15,941 bases of DNA from Candidatus Cloacimonadota bacterium (GTDB lineage Bacteria; Cloacimonadota; Cloacimonadia; Cloacimonadales; WRIO01): positions 1-15,941 of the forward strand of contig JAKQQL010000402.1 in NCBI GenBank assembly GCA_029564175.1, in the 5' to 3' direction. Position 1 is the first letter of the stretch, and every line of letters starts with the position of its first letter. Made by a program: the position numbers and the translations under genes. Below the pieces are notes generated by a model, which worked only from the letters and a program-made list of their open reading frames with translations, made no database searches and had not been told where the DNA came from. Below are positions 1-7,881 of the stretch, one piece after another.

Positions 1-53
1 GAAGAGCCTGTGCAAATGATATTTGTATTAACATAAATATTTAAATAAAAAAC

Positions 54-101
54 TTGACAGAATTATAGGATAACTTATTATGGGACAATAAGTAAAGGAG
101 G
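54..101 (+). promoter_or_regulatory. Putative sigma70 promoter and RBS of the transposase
   Basis: TTGACA (54-59), 16-bp spacer, TATTAT (76-81); AAGGAGG (95-101) 6 nt before the ATG at 108. Confidence 0.6.
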
Positions 102-107
102 ATATGT

Positions 108-1577
108 ATGCATTATCATAAAAGAATAGATAGACAAGAAACAATTCTTTTTTGTTTAGATGACTTTGTCCCTCAGAATCATAATGTCAGACTAATCGAT
201 AAAATTGTCAATAATGTCATAGAAGAAGGAAACTTATTCAACGATTATCAAACGGGAAAGATAGATACAGGAAGACGAGCATATAATCCATCAGATTTGT
301 TAAAGCTTTTAATATACGGCTATATATATAGATTATCTTCAAGCAGAAGATTAGAAGAAGAATGTTTAAAAAATTTGCATTTAAAATGGTTAATTAATGG
401 AATTACTCCCAGTTTCAGAACAATATGTTATTTTCGAGAACAAAATGGTAAAGAGATTGAAATATTCTTTAATACATTTGTTAAAAATCTGTTTTTAAAT
501 AAATTAGCAAGTAATAGTCTATTTGCAACTGATGGTGTCAAGATAAAGGGAAATGTTTCAAAAACCAGTAAGAATAAAAAAGAACTTGAAGAGTATAAAG
601 AAGAAATTACTAAAGATTTTACCAAATTTATAAATAATTTAGACAATAACAATCTAAATCCAAAAACAAAAAGAAAAATTTACAATTTTACAACGAAGCT
701 TGCGAAAATTAAAAAATGTGAAGAAAAGATTGAATCAGGAGAGACTTCGCTTGTAAATCCTGTTGATCCAGACTCACTATTGTTAAATAATCATGGAAAT
801 CGTTTTCGAGGATTCAATACTCAAGTGACTGTTGATTCTAAAGGTAAGTATGTAGTTAATGTCAGAATCGCAAACAAATGCAATGATTCACATGAAATTA
901 CTCCAACACTTTGTGATATCCAAAAAAAGTTAGGGATATTACCTGAAAAAATTGTAGCAGATAAAGGATATAACACATTAAGTGAGATATTAAATGCAGA
1001 AGATAATTATCATGTTTTAGTAATAACTGAGTTAAATCAATATACTGAAGACCAGAGAAAAGGATTCTCTTATGATTCAGAAAAAGATATTTATACATGT
1101 CCAAACAATCAGATTATGACTTTCAGTCATATAAAGATCAGAAAAAATAGGAGAAGACAGAGAGTTTATATTTGTAATCATTGTTCAGAATGTCCCTTGA
1201 AAGATAAATGTACCACTTCAAAGAGTGGCCGTCAAATGCATAGGACAGATACAATTGATAGAGAAACAATGTATCGGGTGAATATGCGTAAGGATGAAAA
1301 TCAAAAAATCATAAGACAGAGAAAAGGATTGATTGAAAATGTCTTTGGCGTAATTAGATCGAGAATGGGGTATATTCCATTATTGTTAAGGGGAATAAAT
1401 AAAGTTTCAATTGAGATAAATCTTTATTTTATTGGATATAATATTACAAGATATATTAACAATTTTAGAAAAGCATTAAGTAATGGTATTTTTTCTCTTA
1501 TTTTTAATTTTATTTGTATATTATCATCGTTGAGAAGCTCAAAAACGGCTATATGTGCACAAATAATTGTTGTTTAG
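108..1577 (+). CDS. IS1182-family DDE transposase
   Basis: N-terminal DUF772-like region (GRRAYNPSDLLKLLIYGY...SSRRLEEEC...PSFRTICYFR); DDE motifs ATDGVKI, VADKGY, IENVFG; Cys-rich insert (YTCP...CSECPLKDKC). Confidence 0.93.
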   Translation: MHYHKRIDRQETILFCLDDFVPQNHNVRLIDKIVNNVIEEGNLFNDYQTGKIDTGRRAYNPSDLLKLLIYGYIYRLSSSRRLEEECLKNLHLKWLINGITPSFRTICYFREQNGKEIEIFFNTFVKNLFLNKLASNSLFATDGVKIKGNVSKTSKNKKELEEYKEEITKDFTKFINNLDNNNLNPKTKRKIYNFTTKLAKIKKCEEKIESGETSLVNPVDPDSLLLNNHGNRFRGFNTQVTVDSKGKYVVNVRIANKCNDSHEITPTLCDIQKKLGILPEKIVADKGYNTLSEILNAEDNYHVLVITELNQYTEDQRKGFSYDSEKDIYTCPNNQIMTFSHIKIRKNRRRQRVYICNHCSECPLKDKCTTSKSGRQMHRTDTIDRETMYRVNMRKDENQKIIRQRKGLIENVFGVIRSRMGYIPLLLRGINKVSIEINLYFIGYNITRYINNFRKALSNGIFSLIFNFICILSSLRSSKTAICAQIIVV

Positions 1578-1639
1578 TATTTAGGGTGACAAAGGAATAT
1601 AAAAAGTGTTTCTAAATTTTCCGGTTTTTGCACAGACTC

Positions 1640-2635
1640 AGAAAACCCTGGGCATCCATCAATACAGACTTGTTTATTGATGAATTGAAGAAAAGAGATT
1701 ATCAGGTAGAATTTTATGAGTTTTATCAGGCTGCCAATGATTTGGTAAAACTGGAAAATGAAATGATTATTTACAGTTTTAGTCAACGATACAATCTCCG
1801 GTTTTTGATAAAAGATACGGTTAAGCATTTAGAACAATTGGGGAATCGCTTGATACCTGATTATAATCTGCTGTATTGTCATGAAAATAAAGGCTATCAG
1901 GAATTTTACAAAAAACAGTTAGGCATCACAGAACCTAGAGCCTTATATTTTAGCAGTAAACGAGAAATACAGGATTTAAACATACAGTTTCCGAAAGTAT
2001 TAAAGACGATTGAAGGATCAAATGGGCGAGGCGTTTATCTGGTAAAGTCAAAACAAGACGTATTCAATATCATGAAAAAGCTTGAAAAGCCACTTAGTAT
2101 ATGGGAAAAAATTGATTTACTTCGTCGAAAATATTTCAGAAAACAGAAGCTTTATCCTGGTTATCCAGAGTATAATGTCAAAAATGATTATTTTCAATAT
2201 CGAGATTATATTCAAGAAGAAATCCCTTTTATCTTACAGGATTTTGTTGAGAATCTGAATTGTGATTACCGCGTCATTGTTTTGTATGACCGCTATTATG
2301 CTGTCAAAAGAATGACAAAGGAAGGTGATTTCAGAGCCAGCGGAACCAAACGCTTTGTCTTTGAGTTTGATATGCCAGCTGGTTTATTAGATTATGCCAA
2401 AAAGATATTTAACATCTTTCATTCTCCACTTTTATCAATGGATATCGGTTTCAATGGAGAAAAATATTTCCTCTTTGAATATCAGGCCATCCATTTTGGC
2501 ATCAATGCCATTGTCCGGTCAAACGGCTATTATAAAGAAGTGAATCAGCAATGGCAGTTTATTCAGGAAAAAACCGTATTTGAATCTGCTCTGGCAGAAG
2601 CTTTGGATAAGTATATTCAAAATATGAAGGCGTAA
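1640..2635 (+). pseudogene. RimK-like ATP-grasp ligase, 5' end interrupted by the IS1182
   Basis: ATP-grasp motifs FPKVLKTIEGSNGRGVYLV, FILQDFVE...DYRVIV, GDFRASG, MDIG...LFEYQ. The frame is open right up to the IS end; the ORF-track start (TTG 1628) lies inside the IS inverted repeat with no RBS. Confidence 0.8.
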
Positions 2636-2654
2636 GACTTTAAAAACATTCAAC

Positions 2655-2686
2655 AACCACGGATTCAACAGATGAACACGGATAAG
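2655..2686 (+). repeat. ACCACGGA...ACACGGA motif; related copies at 7558-7590, 13396-13426 and inverted at 3238-3256
   Basis: AACCACGGATTCAACAGATGAACACGGATAAG; GACCAGGGAAAAACGGAAGAACACGGAAAAG; AACCACTGAAATACGGAAAGACACGGAAAAG; reverse complement GACACGGATAACGCTGATT. Confidence 0.55.
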
Positions 2687-2882
2687 GGTTCTGGAAGTAT
2701 TATAGAATGTAAGGTAAGCAACCTAGTTTATCAAAAAAACTTAGTTCCATCTGATACACACCCTCTATATATAATACCCAGGACAGAAAAGCCATTTTTG
2801 TCTTTTTGGTAGAATTATTTTGATTTAGTTTTTAAGAACGAGGGATTTTTCAAAAGTACGCAGAAATAAATGAGAAATTTTC

Positions 2883-3177
2883 TTAACAACGGATAATCTG
2901 CTTCGCAGAATGTATAATGAACTATATAAAATGAATAATGAAAACAGAAAAGCTCCGGAGGAGCTTAATATCAGTAGGCCAGGGTTTAAAGAGTCTGTGC
3001 AAATATGAGAGTTCCGAAGGAACGAAAGAATCCTAGACCAGGGTGAAACCCTGGGAAAATAGTCATTTAAACATCAAGCACCATAGGTGCGACCGAATAA
3101 AAGCTGTCTTTTTGCACAGACTCTTTAACCCTGGTACAAAAAATTCCCACAACCTCCGCTCTAGCGTAGCGAAACAA
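2883..3177 (+). repeat. Dispersed ~160-bp modular repeat, copy 1 (interrupted by a MITE)
   Basis: Aligns with 13232-13388 once 2991-3123 is removed. Contains five AATGWAH-like heptamers (2909-2943) and hairpins AGCTCCGGAGGAGCT, CCAGGGT..ACCCTGG and CGCTCTAGCGTAGCG. Confidence 0.9.
2991..3123. mobile_element. 133-bp non-autonomous MITE with IS1182 ends
   Basis: Perfect 13-bp inverted repeats GAGTCTGTGCAAA (2991-3003) / TTTGCACAGACTC (3111-3123), identical to the IS right end. TTAA-containing duplication on both flanks. An empty site is visible at 13327-13344. Confidence 0.92.
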
Positions 3178-3284
3178 TATCCTAAATAAAACAATTATTT
3201 ATTACTATTAGGTTTTTTACAGACATTAAATCCAAAAAATCAGCGTTATCCGTGTCTTAAAAATCTTTCTGATTCAAAGCTCTC

Positions 3285-3313
3285 AAAAAGAAAAATACCC
3301 CTTTCGGGGTATT
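3285..3313 (-). terminator. Rho-independent terminator of the amidohydrolase-GNAT operon
   Basis: Minus strand AATACCCC-GAAA-GGGGTATT followed by TTTCTTTTT, 7 nt after the stop at 3321. Confidence 0.8.
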
Positions 3314-3320
3314 CTATCAA

Positions 3321-6300
3321 TCAGAATCTGATATTTTTCAGATCGATCAGGTTTTTCTCTTCAATGTCTTTCTCACTAAAGAGGAAGAATCCAGGTGCAA
3401 GGATTTTTTTCTCATTCGGTTGAAGATCGATTTTTTTGTTGATTTCTCCAAAGACAACAGAGATATCTGAGTCTGCCCTCATAAGAGTCTCATGATCTCC
3501 GTCATAAACAAAGAGTTTTTCCGCTCTGTTTTGACCTGAGAATTGTACCATAGATATCTTATTATCGAAGGAAATCTCTTCGATACCGCATCTGGTTTCC
3601 AGAAGCTGTCCCTGATATTCAAAGGCAAAGGTGCATTTTTTGATATCTTCATCCGGTTTTACAAAAAATCTGCATAAGGACTCAGGGTTTTATTAAATCC
3701 GGATTGATTATCCAGCTCAAAGTAGGAGGCTAACAGAGGCAGGTTTGCCTGAGTGAGATAATACTGGTTAATTGTGATACCCTTTAAAGGCTCATATTTT
3801 TCAAAACTGGTCGTGATTTTGATACCTTCCCAGTGATTTCCCATTTGATCAGTCTTTTCAGTCAGTTCAACGCTGGTTTTTTCTTCGAGATAATAGAACA
3901 TTCTGAAACCGGTAGGCATAACACAAATACCGCCAATCCACGGATTCCACCAGGATTTGGGTCCTTTTTCAGGGAAATTGGAGTCCAGCCATTCCTGCCC
4001 TTTGTATTTGAGAGAAAATACAGAAGGTGCAAACTCATCAGAGGCAGAAAACTCTATCACGCCGTTATTGACTTGCCAAACATTGTGTCCTTCTTTTTTC
4101 AGACAAATGCGTTCAGTTTTATGCTCAGAACTTAAAAAAACTGCTTTTTTCTGAGAAAACTGTTTTGTCTGATACAGCGCAAGCGCTTCCACAAATCTGA
4201 GCGGTTCATTGTTATCAACTGAGAAATCAGCAGATATTTCATGAAGCTGGTCTGTTTGCTCTGCCTTCTTAAGTAATTTTACATCTTCTGTTTGAAAAGA
4301 GAATTCTCCTTCCAGCATTTTTTCTTTTTTATCTTTCCAGACTGCTTTTAACTGCTTTTGAATGAATGGATTTCCATTATTGACAATGAGCTCCATACTT
4401 TTTGTGATTTGCTTTTCAGTCCGGTTGAGACCCAATGCAAAATGTCTGACCTGTTCAGGTGAATGGAAATAGTCCATGGCAATTATCAGTTTGGGTGATA
4501 ATCTGGAACTGTTCAGATCAAAATGGTGTTCAAAGATATGCTCCCATTGAGAAAAAACAGCCTTTACAGACTGATCCCAGATGACAGCTATTGTACTGTG
4601 TCCTTGTTCATTAAAAAACCAGTTTTCATCCAGATTTTGACTGTTCCAGTAAGTAATTTCTGAGTCGTTATACATACTGTCATCGGTCTGAATAATCTCG
4701 CCCTGATAAGGCATTTGCTGTTGTTTGGATGAGAAGTTAAGGCTATGACTGAGATAAACTTCTGTCTGATTCTCAGGGAATTCTAAAAGTTCCATCTGAT
4801 ATTCCAGCATTCCATAATTGTAGAGTTTATAATGGCAGGCGAAACGACAACCTGGAAAGTCTTTTGACTGATGATAAAGGGTCAGTGTCTGAGCCTCATC
4901 AGTTTCTTTAAATTCTGCTTTGCAGGATTTTTGGTTTTTAAACTCAGAACTGAAAGGTTTTCCTATTTTGGGAGGATTGATATAAGCCCATAAGTTTGAC
5001 AGTAAGTTATTGAAAAACATTTCATTACAATCCGTTTCCTTGTCCACTTTTATCATATTTTTACCTGCTAACATCAGATAAGAATCTGTCATTTCCTGAG
5101 CAGCCTGTCCTTTGTAAGCTGGGAATTTTAAATCCATTTTTTGATGGTAAGAAAATCGATGCTGTGCTAATCTGACTTCTATTTCTATATCTGTAGAATA
5201 GACGACTGTTTTTTTTAGTATTACCTGAGTTGCAACAGACTTCTTTTCTTCTGATTTGAGTGAGACAGAGATTTCCGGCTCTGTAAAATGGATATTGGCA
5301 AGCTCCGGAAATCTGATTGTGAAGTCACAGGTTTCTTTGTAACCGTTTTTGATATTGAATACAAAGGGAACCGGACAATCAATCAGATTGACAGGGTCTT
5401 TACTTCTATGGAACTGATGAACAGACAGAGGGAACTGAGTATTAATTCCTGTCTTAAAAACAGCTTTTTTGCCATTGATTTCAACTTCTGCTTTTACACA
5501 GGGATGAGTTGTCCACATGCTTTGTGGCCTGTCGATTTTTTCAATGAAAAACTCAGATTCAATGTGCTGTTCTCCTTCGATAGTCTGATCAATCGAACAA
5601 TCAAAGCGGATATTTTTATCAGATAAACCCTTGATTTTTATGTTTAAAGGCTGATTGCTTTTATTTACCACACGAAATTGAACCGGATAGGACTTGCCAA
5701 ACACCAGTTTAGGTTCAGTTACAAGACATTCAATCAGGAAATCCTGACAGTCAATTGCCTGAATGCCTCTGCCTGTTTTTTCAAATGAAACGGATAGCTT
5801 TTGTTCATCTTTTTTCCAGGAGTAGGTTAACAGATCAAAGTCATTTTTCTTCACACCATCGGGGCATATTTCGATCACTCTGTCAGAATCATCGTACCAA
5901 TCAAAGGCTTCAATATAGTTTCGGATGAGTTCAGTGCTTAAAACGGTAGGGATAAAATTCATCAAATGTGTGGAGTTGGATTCCATTTTTTCCCAGAAAA
6001 AGCCTGTTTTCTTGTATAATGGAACCGCCTTTGTATTGCCTGCCCAGGTGAATAAATCCAATCTGGGGTAATTTAACTCAATGGTTCTTTCAACAGATTT
6101 TAATATCAGCATTTTTCCGATTTTCTGACCATGGTAGGATGGCAATACATTGAGTAAATCAATGTAAAGGGTATTTTCATCAAAGGCATAACGGGATAGT
6201 TTGCAGTATCCGACGACCAGATCGCCATCAAGCGCGATGTAAAGATTCAGATGCGATGCTTTTTCTTCTTTATCTTTGACACTTTGTTCTGTTTCAAAGC

Positions 6301-6397
6301 CGGCATTACCATTCCAGCCTTCACCACTGTTGTTCCACATTTCAGCGATTCTCTTTGCCAGAGAGGGATTGTATTCTACGATTATAATTGGTTTCAT
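3321..6397 (-). CDS. Large GNAT-family N-acetyltransferase (~1025 aa if repaired), split by a -1 frameshift at 3663-3668
   Basis: N-terminal GNAT motifs (LYIDLLNVLPSYHGQKIGKMLI, LFTWAGNTKAVPLYKKTGF). The 912-aa ORF stops at GAT TTT TTG TAA; adding one T reads DFFVKPDEDIKK...ISMVQFSG, in frame with ORF 3321-3551. Confidence 0.85.
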
Positions 6398-7248
6398 GAT
6401 TTCTCCTGTATTTTCATTTTTGAGAAAAAGCGGAGCGCATTGTCATAAAAGACTGCCTGGTGATGCACTTCCGGTATAAGTTGTTTTATAAATTCAATAT
6501 AATCTGACATGGGTGCCAGTGGCCAGTCAGAACCAAATAATAGTTTGTCATACGAATCTGCCAGAATGAGCGCTGTTCTAAACATATTCATATACAGTTC
6601 CTGATTCATAAATCGTTTTAGCAAATGCGAGTCACCCACCTGCAATCCAGATAAATCCCCATAGACATTCTTGTTTTTATATAGAATCTCAGCGGTGTCC
6701 ATCAGCCAGGGGTTTCCCAGATGTGCAATCAGAATTTTCAGCTCAGGATTGCAGACTGCCAGTTCATCAACTATCAGCGGATGTGAATACTTGAGTAAGC
6801 CTTTTGGGCTGTAAGTATCTCCGGTATGGATGACGACAGGCAGTTTGTACTTTAACGCCAGCTCATATACCGGCTGATAAACAGAATCTGTCAGGTAATA
6901 ATGATAGTATCCTGCATAAATCTTTATGCCGACACACTGAGGCTTGTTCAACTCCTGTTTCAGATTTGCCAGTTGTGACTGACTGAGCTGGTGCGGATTT
7001 ACTCCGGCGCAGAAATAGAAATTCTCAGGTAATTCTGCCAGATCGTATTTCATAGGATTAAGGGCTTCCTGATCAGGAAAAGCGCCTGGAATGCCTTCCG
7101 AAAGCCCCATACAGACACCTGATATAATTCTGTTTTCCGAATATTCCTTTTCAAACCCTTGTAAGGAATAATTCACACCATTTGACTGAGCGGCTTCTCT
7201 GAAACATTTAAGCCCGGAGAAGTGAAAGTGAGCATCAATTATATTCAT
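6394..7248 (-). CDS. Amidohydrolase family 2 (TIM-barrel metal-dependent hydrolase)
   Basis: Motifs IIDAHFH, GIKIY, PVVIHTG, LIAHLG, YGDLS, LLFGSDWP; RBS AAGGAGG (7260-7254); ATGA overlap with the GNAT start. Confidence 0.93.
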   Translation of the reverse strand: MNIIDAHFHFSGLKCFREAAQSNGVNYSLQGFEKEYSENRIISGVCMGLSEGIPGAFPDQEALNPMKYDLAELPENFYFCAGVNPHQLSQSQLANLKQELNKPQCVGIKIYAGYYHYYLTDSVYQPVYELALKYKLPVVIHTGDTYSPKGLLKYSHPLIVDELAVCNPELKILIAHLGNPWLMDTAEILYKNKNVYGDLSGLQVGDSHLLKRFMNQELYMNMFRTALILADSYDKLLFGSDWPLAPMSDYIEFIKQLIPEVHHQAVFYDNALRFFSKMKIQEKS

Positions 7249-7276
7249 TTTAACCTCCTTTTAATTTTTGATGAAT

Positions 7277-7313
7277 AAAAAAAACTCAGGGGATAAATCA
7301 ATCCCCTGAGTTT
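7277..7313 (-). terminator. Intrinsic terminator in the 5' leader (attenuator)
   Basis: 13-bp stem AAACTCAGGGGAT/ATCCCCTGAGTTT, 6-nt loop, U8 tract on the minus strand, about 30 nt upstream of the amidohydrolase ATG. Confidence 0.88.
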
Positions 7314-7424
7314 GGATAGAAAAATAGGGATCGATTTATTGATAGACCGATCCCGATATAAATTTATAGTTTCGCTGATAACAGCGGAATTTTGGTATAA
7401 TTTACATAAAAAGACCGGATCTTT

Positions 7425-7457
7425 TTACTTTAGATTCGCCAAGACTGTAAGTATCAT
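7425..7457 (-). CDS. Putative leader peptide MILTVLANLK
   Basis: ATG ATA CTT ACA GTC TTG GCG AAT CTA AAG TAA, with RBS AAGGAG (7470-7465) 7 nt upstream, directly after a consensus promoter. Confidence 0.7.
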   Translation of the reverse strand: MILTVLANLK

Positions 7458-7483
7458 TTTTTATCTCCTTTAATTTTTTGTAC

Positions 7484-7512
7484 AATATACAGATAAGATT
7501 ATATTTTGTCAA
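7484..7512 (-). promoter_or_regulatory. sigma70 promoter of the leader/amidohydrolase/GNAT transcript
   Basis: TTGACA (7512-7507), 17-bp spacer, TATATT (7489-7484). Confidence 0.78.
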
Positions 7513-7654
7513 GCGTTTTTTTGTATCTTCTGTTTTTGACCCCTCGTGGATATTTTTACGACCAGGGAAAAACGGAAGAACACGGAAAAGAATTAAGAGT
7601 GAACAAGAAGAGAAAATCGAAAAGTAGTCTGTTGGAATGTGCCAAATGGAGCCT

Positions 7655-7795
7655 GCGGAGCACTATCACGAAGTGCTAATGCTCAGGATGCCAAGCCATT
7701 CGCTGATTTGAGTTCTACCGGTGATGATATTAAACGAGAGATTATGATTTTTCTAAAATCAGGATGCTTTGAGTAAGATGAACCTAAGTAGTTAT
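7655..7795. repeat. Partial copy of the fold-back element; 7681-7795 is an inverted repeat of 12495-12609
   Basis: Ungapped manual alignment gives 95/115 identity. Adjacent apical hairpin GAGCACTATCACGAAGTGCTAATGCTC (about 7658-7684). Confidence 0.88.
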
Positions 7796-7828
7796 CTTTA
7801 AATGAATTTATATTTTTTAAAAAAAATC

Positions 7829-7858
7829 TTGACATATATATATATATATTATTAGTCT
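7829..7858 (+). promoter_or_regulatory. Promoter with an (AT)8 tract in the -35/-10 spacer
   Basis: TTGACA (7829-7834), (AT)8 at 7834-7849, TAGTCT (7853-7858), 18-bp spacer; RBS AAGGAGG (7871-7877). Confidence 0.65.
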
Positions 7859-7881
7859 TAGCATTATAGAAAGGAGGGACT

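Larger units (their letters stand above)
4..1639 (+). mobile_element. IS1182-family insertion sequence, complete
   Basis: Terminal inverted repeats GAGCCTGTGCAAA (4-16) and TTTGCACAGACTC (1627-1639), 12/13 match. Left flank GAA (1-3, window edge) and right flank AGAA (1640-1643) fit a 4-bp target duplication. Encloses one transposase ORF. Confidence 0.92.

Noticed and set aside
428..1828. Minus-strand ORFs 428-652, 898-1104, 1574-1828
   Set aside because: Antisense shadows of the transposase and ATP-grasp genes; no motifs, and one crosses the IS boundary.
3321..3551. 76-aa ORF as an independent gene
   Set aside because: Its frame is open upstream to the T6 run; better explained as the GNAT C-terminus.
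3833..6479. Plus-strand ORFs 3833-4135, 3957-4154, 5288-5626, 6251-6448, 6276-6479
   Set aside because: Antisense to the well-supported GNAT and amidohydrolase genes; no recognisable features.
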